Source: Daphnia carinata (lineage: Eukaryota). Taken from it: 64,000 nucleotides of DNA. The stretch spans positions 6,138,001 to 6,202,000 of the forward strand of contig NC_081331.1 in assembly GCF_022539665.2 (NCBI RefSeq), given 5' to 3'. Positions within the stretch are counted from its first letter, which is position 1. Each line of letters starts with the position of its first letter. Under the pieces are notes generated by a model that saw nothing but the letters and a program-made list of their open reading frames with translations, searched no databases and was not told the DNA's origin. Shown here one piece after another: positions 1 through 13,648 of this stretch. The translations under genes and the position numbers were made by a program.

Positions 1-312
1 GCGGTCACTCTTTTGTTCGTTCAAATCACTACACGCCCACGCGTACACACCTCTTCTTTAACTTCCGTGACCAAAGTGCCCAATCTTGCACCTTGCAAAC
101 GTCGTGACAAAAACATAACCACAATAAACGTGAATTTTTTTTTTTTTTGTACATACGATGGCCTCGCGAAAATGATGGCCCCTCGTCAAAAATACGTGAA
201 CAACACACGAAAGGGAATCTTTTTTAAACTTGCTGGCCAATGGTCCGGGTACTACGCGGATCATTGAATGCGAATCGAAGCCTGAAAGATCCTCTTATCC
301 GGAATATTTTTC

Positions 313-343
<31 letters not shown>

Positions 344-3300
344 GAGCAAAGAAGAGCCGGAAGGAAAGATGGTGACGAAGGCACTGGACGTGTACAACAT
401 TCTAAACGTGAATTCATGCGACGCCATTGAAAATAAAAAACGAACAGAGCGTCTACCCCATCAGCGACGACAGTAAAAAGACGAACGAAAAAAGACAAAT
501 GAACGCACACAAAAAGAAAGAAAAAGAAAAGTCACATGCAGCTGGCGTCCGCCTTTCAGTGTGTGTGTGTGTGTGTTTGGATGCTACTATACAACTTGGG
601 TGCACTGGACAGAGTTCACTCACCCTGGAATTTTGGATACGCTGGCCAGCTCGTGTGTGTGCGTGGATGATGCAAGTTCTTCGAGTGGTCAGGCCCTTTT
701 TCTTTCTTTTCTTTTTTTGGCGTGACCAAAGTTCAATCAGGTCGTTTCCGGCAACACCAGGGCTCACCAGTCGGTTGAAGTAGGAGACTTATAAATGAAA
801 GGAGGAGCCGGATCAACAAACGTATCCAACTTGGCTCGATCACTTTTGTATTGACTGTCGATCCATCCGCGGCCCGGAGCGTAGTTTGAAAATAAGGATA
901 TTCGAAATTTCTCTTGAACTTCCAACGAAAAAAAAACAAAAATTTCAGGGAAGAGCCGGAAATGGAAGAACAAGTTGAAAAAGCTTTTTTTTTTTTTGGC
1001 AAGAAGAAAAAATCAAAAGGAAAAAAAATGTGGGGTAAAGGGAAGTAGAAGAGAACGTGTCTCCACCGGTCCGTAGCTGGACACTGACTGGTAAAGCCGA
1101 GCGGTTCGTCCGCTTGCCAGTATGTACTAGGAGTCTGATTTTCCAGGTACAGCTCTTACCTGGCCGACAGGTGGAGTTTCTTCCAACGATTCGGCAAAGC
1201 CCCCCCCCCCCCCCCCCCCCCCCCGGGTAGCGATTTGTCTCTTCTTCTTCTTCATTCCTTTCTTTTCTTTCTCTCTTCTCCATTTTTTTTTTCTTTAGTT
1301 TATTAAACCTTTTTCTTTCTTTTCGCGATGGGAGGCGTCGCTTCTCGAGGAATGCGAGCGGAGAAAATGCAACGGCGCGGAACGGGCTTTTTTTTTTTTT
1401 TTTTTCAAAGTGAAGGCAGTTCTCATCATCGCGATTCACCAAAGGCGACGGAAGCGCATTGATGCTAAACAGACAAATAGCAAATAACAATAAAAAATGA
1501 GCTGTCTGCAAACAAAATCTAGAGAAAACGGCCATTGTGTTGCGAAATCGGAAGGATTCTCCATTACGCGGTTACGTCGTTCTTTTTGTTCCGGTATTGA
1601 GAGAAACCTAAAGTAGTTCAATATGATTATGTCCTCATTCATTTTAGGTTTTTTTTTTTATTAAACAATTCATCAAACGATTTCAAGTTTTTTCGAGCCC
1701 ACATTTTGCAAACATCGGTGAAATTCAAATTGCGAATAAGTGATGTAATTGTTTTGTTTTTCTTGTCATTCTCCATCTGGCATGACGCAAGTTAAAATAC
1801 CCACACTCCGTACAGGATATCGACCTTTGCAAAGGAATTTAAACATTTGTTTTTCTCCTTTGTTTTCTATCATAAATTTTCAGTTTGCTGTTTCAAAGGG
1901 TGTTGATGTCCTCGCACGACTTATAAGCCGCAATAAAGTACGAAAAAAGTTTAAAAGATTGTTAATCTACCGCTTTTAAATGAGACGTTTGCGACTGTAG
2001 AATGACTTTAATTTTTTTGGCCGTTGTACACCTCCGCTGCTGGACTGCTGGTGGAACCCACTGGAGCGCTAAGGCTATCCACAGCCCATCTGTTGGGAGT
2101 ATTTTGCCTTCGCATTTCAAATTAAATCTCTTTTTTTTTTTTAAAGGAAAAATTAAATAAATTTTTAAAACCCGGCCTTTGCTGTCTGATTTTTGCTAAA
2201 CGTTGCCACGGACGACCAAAGACATATTGACCAGGAAGCAGGAAATTAAGACTCGCTTCGATTTCTGTTGCCCCTGGAATAACAAGTACAACGACATTTC
2301 CCATATGCAAATCGTTTTAAAACGATGCACATGTTTCAGCTTCGTTACGAACTCAAAGAACGAGATTTGAATATCCAATTTCGAAAAGATATTTTTGTTC
2401 CCAGCAACAAAACAAAAAAATTCGTTAAGAACACAAGACGTGGTTGGACAGTGACAAACGGTTGCAGGGCTTTTCACACACACAGCAAGCCATTTTAACT
2501 TTTGCTACGGCCACTTCCTCGATGTCGTTTCTACGTTGTCTCTCAATTGTCTTTAACGGTACATCGAGTGACAATTCAGAAAAGCCACCTTCCCATCTAC
2601 GGGTTTGTTTTATTTTTCTACCTTTATCACAATTCACAATCGTCCCGAGTGTCGCTTTGCTTTTGCATTTTCTTGGCCTGGACGATGACAGTTTCAATGA
2701 AACGATGGGAACGGAGCTAGTGCCGCGAGAGCTTTCTGTGTGACTGGCAAGCGCGGATTGATTGGATTTCTAGGTCCATAATTCTTGAAGAATAACGGGG
2801 TCGGGCGGAATCTTTTTTTTTTTTCGAGCTGTAAACACCACAACAAAGAGAGCCCGATTTGGCCAGTTTCGAGAAAACTTCACGAAACGTTAATATCACG
2901 CGTTATTTATTTTTTTTTTTTCACTTTAAACGTATAGCTGTTGATTGCTTTACCCACGGCGCCAGTTGGCAATGGTGGCTGAATACATCTCGTTCATCTC
3001 GTTCGGCCCACCAACTGCTATGCATTTTTTTTATTTTTTTTTTTTCACATTGAACAGTTAGTTGACATTGTTAGAATGTGATAATAATAATAGTAAAAAA
3101 AGGCTAATAATAGTAACTGATACAGTCGAATGGAAGGGGGAATTTAATGATCTTCAAATAGACTTTGTATGGCATTTAAAGTAGCTCAAGTCCACAATTG
3201 AACAAAAGGAGGAGATCGTGTCCACTTATAATGTACTGCTATATTCATATGAAACGGTTTGATGGAACATGGTCGATAAACAGCATGCCGTTTGAATTCA

Positions 3301-3852
3301 AACAAGTCCGAATGGGACTAAAGCCGATTACAGTGCAAAAACGAAGCCATCCAGTGCTGAAAAGAGTTTCGGCCATCCCATTGAAGACCATTTTTTTCCA
3401 ATGAAAATAGAATCAAATAATAAGCACATTTTCCAATGAAAAATAGCCCACTAACGGCAGTTTGTCTCTCTCTCTCTCTATCTATCTCGTATATTTCCGA
3501 TCCGTCCGACACCCGAAAACGTCTAACGTTTCATTTGCGTGTTTATCCCACCGATTACAGTATCTATGTACAACATTTCCGAGACACACCAACGCACACA
3601 TACAACACGCACCTTGCGCACACAATCACGTTGTACCGTAACTCTATATAACGCCACAAACGTTGGCGTACATAACAGCGTTTCACCATCCCAAAGAGCA
3701 CATTGCATTGAAAAATGACCATTCACGTAGATAGCGTTCATTAAGACGTAAATAACATTATATATATGTGTGTGTATCATTGATAGGGGTCTCTTTTACT
3801 TTGATTATCTTCGTCGTTCTTCCTTCCGAGTTTTTTTTTTGAAACTCGGCTC

Positions 3853-6800
3853 TCACGTGACAGGCAACGAATTGCCGTTCAACGTTGTTTGGATCCAGTC
3901 GAGATATTCGGTGACGCGGGTCGAAACTCCCGGCTGGTTGGGACGGGCGCAGCCGACGCCCCAACTAATGACGCCGGCCAGCACCCAACGTCCGCGTTTG
4001 AAGACCATCATCGGTCCGCCACTGTCACCCTAAATTTGCGATAAAAAAAACAAAAGGATTAGAATTTAATGGGTAAATTTAGAAATAAAGATGAGCGTGA
4101 CGGATGCGATGTTGTTGTATCCCCCATTCGAACAACTTGTGGCGGGATAAACGTGAGAAAAAGCCCTTGCTCAACATCGTCCCTCACCAATCGCTCCGTT
4201 TATTTCTTTTCAAGGTTGACAATGTCATTAACGCGGGTATTTTCTCGGTGCAACAATCAACTCTCTCTCTATGTGTGTGTGTGTGTGGTATAACCGCCGA
4301 GTTGATACGGTCATATCCATCCGCACCGGCCGTTTTTTAAAAGCGGGGAAAAATGGTACAAAAGCGCGTTTAAATTCGCGGAGCGTGAAACGTTAAAAAT
4401 CAAAGGTCAGGGAACTAGCAGGTGTCATTCGTGACAAGGTCGGCCAGATAAAACACAAACATTTTCCATCGTTTTTTTTTTTGGTTTCTTTCTGGCTCAC
4501 GCGTTTGGCGTATCAAGGCCAAGAGCTTCGTTTGCCCTTAAAAAAAAAAAAAAATGAAAAGGAAATCCCGAAAACGGATGGCTCGTTAAACATGCGGGCC
4601 GTTTGGAAGACAGAACGACAGTTGCTAATTACCAGGAAAAACAAGAGAAGAAGCTCAAATGTTGTACAGTCGTATGGCCAACTGAAGTTAAAAGAAAACT
4701 CGCACACAAGACAACGAAACAAATGAATGTGTTGGGAACAAAATCATCCGGCTGTGGAAGGGCGATTGTTAAAATACCAACAGAAACGACCGTCACTATC
4801 ACTAGTGCCTTCTATTCTCTTCTTTCTGAGCTAAAAAAAAAAAAAAAATACTACGCCATATGGGTTAGAGATACCTCCCCTTCTTTTCTTGAAAGCGTTT
4901 TAGCCTCTTGTTTCATCGTCTAAAAAGATTGCGGTTGTTTATTGATCAATACTCACTTCGCACGAATCTTTCAGGCCTTCCGCATAACCGGCGCAAATCG
5001 ATTGCCGGTCAATTTGTTTATGAATCGGTTGGTAGATCTTCTGGCATTCCGTATTGTTAATGATGGGCACGCCGACGTACTGCAGCCGCGTCGAAATCGG
5101 GCTCTCTGAAAACAACAGGAACACATTCAAAATCAGCAAACATTCGCATTGTTCAAAGTAAATCAAAAGAATTACTTTCGCCAAGTTTGCCCCAACCGGA
5201 GACGAACGACTGGGCACCATCGAATTCCATATCCTTGTCCGGCAAGCAGATGGGCAACGTACTCGATTGGTATGCAACGAGCGGCGTGAGAAGCTTCAGT
5301 AGGGCAATATCGTTCTGTTGCGTTTGAATATTGAATTGCGGGTGAGGAAAGAGCTGCACCCGGCTCTCTATCCATTTGTCTTCGACGCTGGCGAAATCGA
5401 TGCCGCCCATTCGAACCAAGAGGCTTTCTGGCTGGACGCTGGTTTAATGGAGAACCGCAATAAAACGCAAAAAAAAAAAAAAAAATAAAAAATAGAACGT
5501 GGAGGTGTTAACTCTTTTCGCGGACGAAATGAACGTGAAAACGATAAATATGAATTTACTTGCTAAGGCAATGCGCTGCGGTGAGGACCCAGTCTTTGGA
5601 TAAAAGAGAAGCGCCACACTTATGGTAATATCCACGTCTCGTCTTTTCTTGTAGCGTCACCTGGAAGAAAATGTTGTCGACATTATTTTAAGTTTTAAGC
5701 TTAAATAAATGTTTTGTGCTTTTTTTTTTTACCTGCCACGGCCATTGGCCAAGCCGAGCATTCTCTCCCGAAACGATTTTAGGCCATCTGTAGACGGGCT
5801 TGCCACAAACTTGATAGCGTTTTAACACACGCACACGCACACACATGGATACATAAATAAATAAATAAAAAATGAAGAGTGTGATTATTACAGGTGAAAA
5901 TAGCAGTCCGCGCCATCTTTTGGCCGGTATGAACAACATCAGAATTTTTATTTCGGTTGTTACCTGCTTCAACGCTTCCATGGCGTTGCATTCCCGATGA
6001 GGAGGCCGGGACGGACGGCGGAATAAAAGCAAAAGTCGTGTTACGTTCGTCGGCGATCGCCACAGTTTGCGAAGTCGTCGGTGTCGACGTCGTTGTCGAT
6101 GATGTAACATTGGGTAGTGGCGTTGACGTGGGTCTCCCAGTGGTCGATGATGTTGTCGGGATCGATGTCGTGGGTTCTTCAACCGCCTCCTCGAGCCAGC
6201 TCTCGACAGGAACTACCCAGGGAGCTTCGCTTTCGACTGGAACTGTGGCGTTGGCGTAGATGACGGTGACATTGGGTTTCATCAATCCCATCGCCATCGT
6301 CGTCCCATTGGAAGACGAGCTCTCTGTTGCTGTCAAACAGCAAAAAGAAATATATTGACGCTAAAACTCAAATTGAAATTCTATAATTCCCTCCCAACGT
6401 TTGGGGATTTTAAATATTAAAAAAATAATAATAATAATAACATAACAGTCATGACAACTAACAGCTGAAAGTGGTGGCAGTAGTAGCGGTAGAAGTCATG
6501 GTCGTCGTTACAGTCGTCTTTAAAGTCGTCTTTACAGTAGACGGAGTCGTGGATGTCGTTACGTTCACGTCCGCTTTCACCGAACTACTTGCGCTATCGT
6601 TATTACCATTGGCGTTGATGGCCGGCGCGTGAAAGGTCGAATAGGGGAATTTGTGCGTTGCAATCGGCTGTGGCTTGAGGCCGTAGATGTCGGCCAGCAG
6701 GTCGGGCCAAAAGCTCAAGTCAAGCGGATCGAAAGGTGATGCCGCGGGGCCGTCAATATCGTTGCTCTCGAAAACGATTGGCACCCGAGGCAGCGTGTCG

Positions 6801-7681
6801 GATGATGTCAACGGCAGCGGAGGCGGCGGACGCGGCATCGCCGGCGATTGGACGGCTGACAGCGGCGGTGGCGTTGGCGTTGGCCGCTCAGGACGCGGTG
6901 GCGTTGGCGTTGGCCGCTCAGGACGTGGTGGATCGGCAGTCGATGATGAATAGGTCGGCAACGAGCAACACGAGCCAAAGTAAAAACCTTTCGTGCAGAT
7001 GCCAACGTGTCGTCCTCTGGCGCGGAAACAATCCTGGAACACAAGAATTTTTAAAAAAGGAAGAAAATAATAAATAAATAAATACACAAGCAGCTGAATT
7101 TTTTTTTTTTTTTTATATATACATTTTCAAAGGGGTGAGGTACAACATCGAGCGCGGTCGTGTCAAATTGGTGACACGCTAGCGCCTTGGCTAAGGTGTT
7201 GGATTAGATGGATGTCAAGCCGTCAAACAAGGAAAAAAAGGGGAGAATACAAGAAAAAAAAAAAAAACGAAATTACCATAGCAAACATGCACCGGCCCTC
7301 TTCTCCGCTGGTGACATTCAAACAAGCCTCGAACGGGCCCGCCCGTCCTATACGTCCAGGTAAAATAAAAATAAAAAAATTTAAATTGAAGTCCACTTCC
7401 CCCTTCAAAAATCAAAATCAAATCACGTTCCAGTCACACAGAACCTTACAAAAGCCGGAGGTGTTTTGAAAAATATAACAACACGTTTGTTTTTTTGTTT
7501 TTTTTTTTGAACAAAAAAAAAAATTATAATAAGAAATAAGAAAAAGCGGGCATGTACCGGAGGCGTAGGGAGCAACATTCACTTGAGAACGAGCTATGAC
7601 TACGGGCTGCCGGATCGAAACTAAAACTAGGCTGATGAGGATGCCGGTAGGCCTGTACAGATTCCGCACGATGTAATCCAT
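3853..7681 (-). CDS. Stubble-type serine protease (disulfide knot, S/T/P-rich stem, trypsin-like domain); 9 exons: 7681-7558, 7347-7277, 7033-6463, 6329-5964, 5809-5733, 5660-5560, 5438-5176, 5105-4957, 4029-3853
   Basis: All junctions GT-AG and in frame. Hydrophobic N-terminus ([10 protein letters not shown]), knot motif [39 protein letters not shown], mucin-like stem, activation site K|IVSG, catalytic motifs LTAAHC, DIALLKL and DSCEGDSGGP, stop TGA at 3855-3853. Confidence 0.92.
6884..6951 (-). repeat. 30-bp coding tandem repeat ([10 protein letters not shown] x2) in the protease stem
   Basis: ggtggcgttggcgttggccgctcaggacg occurs twice in tandem on the + strand. Confidence 0.85.
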
Positions 7682-10600
7682 TGAATTTTTGTTTTGTTTT
7701 TCAAATCAATTCACAATTCAATTACACCTGTCAACGAGTTCGAATCCCAACAACAAACGTGCTTCGATATCAAAGGACGTAAGATGGACGTCGCACTGTT
7801 GCACACAACACACACACACAGACACACACATACACACTCAAGAATTGAAACTGTAATGTTGCTGTGCGGTGGCTGAGGATGTAACCTCCACGACGGCCGG
7901 AGGTTTAAGAAAGATAAAAAAAAAGGTGGAACAAGAGATATATACAGCTCCAGATCAAAGGGCATGAAAATATAATATTTTCTTTTTTTTTTTATAAAGG
8001 GATAGAAAAACTTGTACCAGCGCCCGCACTGGCCGGAATTCCCGAGTCGACTAAACTATGATGAGATAAAAAAGAAAAAGGAGAGACGGAAAGAGGGGAG
8101 GTGAAAATGTGTCTTAAGCGCAAAACTTCTTTTTTTTATATTTTCTCCCTTCTTCTTTTACCCAGGGTAGCCCAACTATCAAAGAAGAAGAAGGCAAAAA
8201 GAAAAAAAGGAGAATGAAAAAGAAGAAGAAGAAGAAGAAAGAAAGAAAACAAAACGAAAACAGGTCCGCAGCTCCGGTAACGAGGTCAACGCTTTCTCCA
8301 TCAAACTCTCTCTCTCACTGGGTCGAAGAAAACTGCTGCTATATAGACATACTATATAACCAGCAGCCCCGGTAAAAAAAAAAAAAAAAAAATGAGGCCA
8401 ACGTTCCTCTTTTTTTTTCCTCCTTTTTCTCTCCTTGTCGTTGTTTTTTATTTATTTTATTTCTTACGCATCTTCAGCGCTGGCTGAGTCTCAAACCCCT
8501 CGTCCATTTGTTTCTTTGCTTTCTCTTCTTGTTTTTTTTGTAAGTTTTTCGTCAGGTTTCGTTGCGACAAGTAACGACAGTTCTCTCGACTTCGCAATAT
8601 ATACAACACGTAGTGACATCTACGTCGATGACAAAACTTATTCTTCCAACTAAATTTTTGGTGAGTCAGGTGTTTGACCTGCCGTTTCGGCCGCGTGCGC
8701 GTACGAGGAAACCCGCGTTTTTGTTTAAAGCACAACATGATACCATTGCGTACTCTGCGTACCTTGGATGCAGACCCCCCATTTACTGGTTCGTGGGGAG
8801 AAGAACAACAAAAATGGCAATAACCGACCATCAGGTGAGAGAGAACAACGTGAATCGGGGGCTCATTAGTCTCGCTGATCGAGGTGAGACGGAAATTCTG
8901 CCCCCATTCGGCCGACGCGAGCAACTCATCCGCCCAATAAAAATGATTACAACGTCAATTTCGTAATTACGCGATGAAAAAAAAAAGAAAAAAAGAGCCG
9001 TGTAATAAAAGAAAACTGTAACAATTTTAACAGCCACAAACCCACGCCACGTTATTTTCAAAATTTCGCGCCTTAGGAGACGCTCAGTCCACCTAAAAAA
9101 ACAACAACAAAAGGTTGATCGTCAGCTGCGCGAGAGGTGCGCCGCCTGTATAATCAGGTCAAACACGTTGATGGTGAGAATATTCAAATCAGCTCGCGGC
9201 TCTTCTGTATGCCGAGAAGCGGCTACATCACAACGATTGGATTCATTTGTAATATGAGAAAAACAAGAAAAAAAAAAAAATGTGTGTGTCCTTGATGAGC
9301 GACAGTTGAGCGGGGCAAAAGCCCGAACCGGCGGGATGGAAGATCTCTTCGCCGTATATAGCGGACATTATAGCGAGGCCTATTCGCAACGTGAGGCTTT
9401 TATCGATTAAGGGAAAGGAAGCGGCGGATAAAACAGGGATATTTCCCGAGCCGGATAGCATGTCAAACACGACAAATGCTATAGAAGAAAACTATAAGCC
9501 CCCTATATATATATATATATATATATTTTAACATCAAGCAACTTTGTACGTGTGTGTAAAGACTCTGTTGTTTGATCAACATGTTTTCTTTTGCTTCATT
9601 TGCGCTTTGTAGAAATCAATGAATTTCGTATGCACGATCGATCCGCCAATGACGACGTTAGCGCAGCCACTTTGCAAATACATTCGTGGAAATTGCGTTG
9701 GTATATGAACGGCGAAAAGCCTACACGATTTCTAGTGGTCGGGTGAAAGTGAAATAATAATTTTAAAAAAAACATACTCGTGTTTCTTAATGTTTACGGA
9801 TTGGATAAAAGGCAAAAAAAATGAAGCGCGTTCAAAGTGACCGCTGAAACGGAAATGGAAGAATTTTTGGTTTTCCCTGTTTGTGTATTCATTGGAAAGT
9901 GCGTCCGACAAGTGTGCCAAACAAAAAATCATGTTTTCCCTTTTTTTCTGGCTCACGCTGATTTCTTCATTGTTTGACCTAATGCCGTTATTTATTTTTT
10001 TTTCGTTTGAATGTCAGGGAAAAATCGCACGCGGGAATTGCATTCGAAATTCCGAAATGGAAATCGTCGAGCCGGAACTTGAATAGTTGATTACACTTTC
10101 TCGTGCGCTATTCGAACATCGTTCGCCAGCAACAGACATTTGCAAAAAAAAAAAGAAATAAAAAAAGAAACACGAACACTGAAGAGTTTTATGAATATTT
10201 AAATGATTAAGACAAAAATAAAATCCACGAATTCAAACAGAATTTTTAAGCAATTGCAAAACTTTTAAAAAAAAGAAGGTGGACATTTCCAATTAATTAG
10301 TGGGCGTCTAAAGGGGATTGGATTTCTATTTTTTTTTTTTTTTTTGCTGCTTGCCCCGAGCCGCTAAGTAATAACATTGCGGGACGACATCAGACCTCTT
10401 ACGTGTGAAAGAGACCGTAAACGGATGCAGGGCCCAAGATAAAGAAAATAGACAGAAGGAAAAAAATAAATACTGTTTCTTCTTCTTTGTTAAAAGGAAA
10501 AGACATAAAAAGAGGCATCAAATGGCAAACTCGATAACAAGGAGACCTTATTTTTGGTACCTTCATCGTGTACCCACCCTTTTTTTTTTTAATATTAAAT

Positions 10601-11856
10601 TCATATAAAAATTATTATTAAAACATCTTTCGAATGTCAAACGGTTCACGAGCTTCTTCACATTTTGTTTTCAAACTTTTTCTTATTCTTTTTTTTTTTT
10701 TAATTAAAAAAAAAAAGGAAAACATGGAATAGAAATAAAAGTATTTATCAGATATGTTGTATGTCTTAAGTATTTCGTTCATTACCTGCATTTTCCAGGT
10801 ATTTCCACACGAGTGGAGAGGCAATACATCAAATAGTTGAGAGGCAAGTTACCCGGCCCGTGAAGAGCTCCCCTCTTATTTTATTTCATTCGTCCAATAC
10901 ACATCACTTTCGTCTCTGTGCTCTTGTCAAGTGGAGAATTACCTAAAGCAACAGGATTTGTCAACCCCCCCTCCCCTCTCTAGTTCTTTGGCCGTCTGCA
11001 CGGTCAGTTTATTGCCTCCGGGAGTTCCAAAGGTAATTTCTCTCCATTTTTTTTTCTCTTTTTTTCTTTTATGTTTTTTTTTTTTTCAGAGGGAAATTTT
11101 CTATTTCGCTTCTGCAGGATACCTATGCATTCACTGCAAAAGGATAATGATGCTGGTAACTGGATTCTTGGGGCAGGCCCCAGTAGTTGACTTCAGGCAT
11201 CTCCGCTCTTATGACGAATTTTATGGACGAATGGAATAGCGGCCGCATTGGCTATACCCCACAGTTCCAATTGGCTTTGTTTTTTTGTTTTTGTTTTAAT
11301 ATACGAATAAAGCAAAGCCTTAATAAAAAATTCAAACTAAACCGCATTTTTTTATGATCGTCAATTTTGCGCCAGTTGAAACAAAGTAGAACGTCGCCGA
11401 GTATTTCGCACGATTTATTTATAGATCGATCAAACAAATTGTAGCGTTACAGCGCATTGTTTAGTCTTTCAGGGACGAAATAATTGTGCGATGAAATAGA
11501 TCACGATGAGCAATCACACGAGAGCGAAGCTTAAAGGGAAGGGGGGGGGGCGAATTGCCCGAATAGCCACATCGAATCGTCGGGCTGAGCTACAACTAAT
11601 CAAGATCGATGGTTTCGCTATGCGATGACGGAGCCTCGCCGAGTATTTTGCGGGTAAAAAAAAATAAAGAAATAAATAAATACAAAATACATGACACAGA
11701 ATTTCGACTGCATGGGCCGCGTGATTTCTTATCCTATATGTACGAAAAACAAAATCTCGTTTAGTGTTGAACACTAAGAGTTTATATCATCTCTAGGGTC
11801 GTTCGTATAACTAAGTTCTGTTCGCCTTTTACTGTCGCTTAATTACATTGCGCTAC

Positions 11857-11889
<33 letters not shown>

Positions 11890-13648
11890 TTTTTTTTTTT
11901 TGCACGAGACGCAAATCTAAAGAGACGTCTGGAAACCCACTTGGCCATACGTTCGTTGTCAAGCCCTCACATGACTTACTTATCAAGAATGAATTATTTA
12001 TCTTTTTTTTTGAAATATTTTTAGCCTCACCAACGTGCGAGTATAACTTGCCCTGTAACTTTGTGTTGTTGTTTGATCAAAAACAATCATAAACAAGAAA
12101 TTTATTTTTTCCACGCATGCCATTATGCGTGCGTTTTGACCTTATAGCCGAGCATACGTGGAACTCAACTTTGTATATCGTGACCGGGTATTTATTTATT
12201 TTTATTTATTTATTTATTTATTTATTTTGTTTTGCGAGTTGATGGTTTTGGTCAGGCGGCCACGACAGAGTCGTTCGGCCTGATGACATTCTCGTGAATA
12301 GCCATCAAATCAGCGGTTGCGTCCATCGTCAACGGCCACATATAATGTCGCAGCATTGCAGATGCCAACACCGGGCACTGGGCGATCAACTTCAAGTATT
12401 CAACGGATTTTTTTTTTTTCTTTTTTTTTTTGCACCCATCTTTTCGGGCGAATAGAGAAGGCAGGCCGTCACGCTCTCTCCATTTTTGCTTACGATCAAT
12501 ATCACACCAGAAGGCACATGAAAAAACCCTTTGCGCGTCTATAGCGGAATTTTTTTTATTGTTTTTGGTTTTTTTATTTTATTTCCGGGAAAAACAAAAA
12601 CAAAAACAAAAAAGAACAACCGGAATGCAATACTAGTCGATGAAATTCAGATAAATCAGTCCCCCCTTCGGATTCGACAGTTGGAAAGGTGCAACACTCT
12701 GATGGAGGTGATCCTAGAATTTCTTAAATGGATTCCAAAAACAATTCGGAATGTGCGCGCTTTCCTGATAGGGGATGTGAAAAAAAAAAACACGTCCGTC
12801 TAATCGCGCAAAAGGGTCCTTATACACGAAGGACGGTGTGTGTCTCGTCGGCCGGCGCACCGAACGGGCCAGGATCTCTTCAGTATGTTGCGGACGTTCG
12901 TGACGAACGGTTATCATCTGCGTCTCCTCCTTTCCTTCCGTTCGAAGTGTTGAGAGCCACATAAACTAACGCAGAGTTGTCTCATCGCACGGCCAATAAC
13001 AGAAAGGAAAGCTTTGCTCTACAGCTGGGACAGTTTCTTCCTTTTTATTTATCGACGTTTCGTTATTATTGCGGGCGAAAAGAAGATGGGCGTTCGACAT
13101 CGTTACGTTACACCTCTCAATTTGCTGAACGATTCAAAGCAATTCTCGCAATCTTTACGCAAGTGAATCAATATGCTCTGAGTGGTGCCGATGGGCCTCA
13201 ATTTTTTTTCATACAACAGAGTGGCAAACTGTACAAGTGTAATCTAATTACATACTGCAATAACGTGATCTAGGTCTTTTTTTTTTCATTCGCTTTTTGG
13301 AACGACTTTAGACGACAGTTCTCTAAGTCACTTTACACTCGGCTTGGTACGTACAAAGTCTAAGACACGAAGAGAAATCCCCCCTTTTTTTTGGAAGATA
13401 TCCACATCGAGCGACACATCTAGTGGAAAGAAATCCACCATCGTTACTGTTCCCTTTTTTTTTTTTAAGGAACTATACGTTTGACTTTTTACGATATACC
13501 TATGCCCCCGTCTATGTGTTCACTCACGATTCCATTTCTAAAGATTTTCTTTTTTTTTTTTTTCTTTTTCATTGGCGTGCATAGAGCCGTGCGACGTACA
13601 TTAGCGAAGACCTAATCAGCCGTTAGTCGTCCCCAACTGGTACCTACA

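Noticed and set aside
764..1535. ORF 945..1535 (-) with a signal-peptide-like start, and ORF 764..973 (-)
   Set aside because: The hydrophobic start is explained by T-rich sequence, the ORF runs through homopolymers, and no consistent spliced model or family could be built
5957..7077. Plus-strand ORFs 5957..6259, 6687..6953 and 6736..7077
   Set aside because: Antisense shadows of the GC-rich protease stem exons
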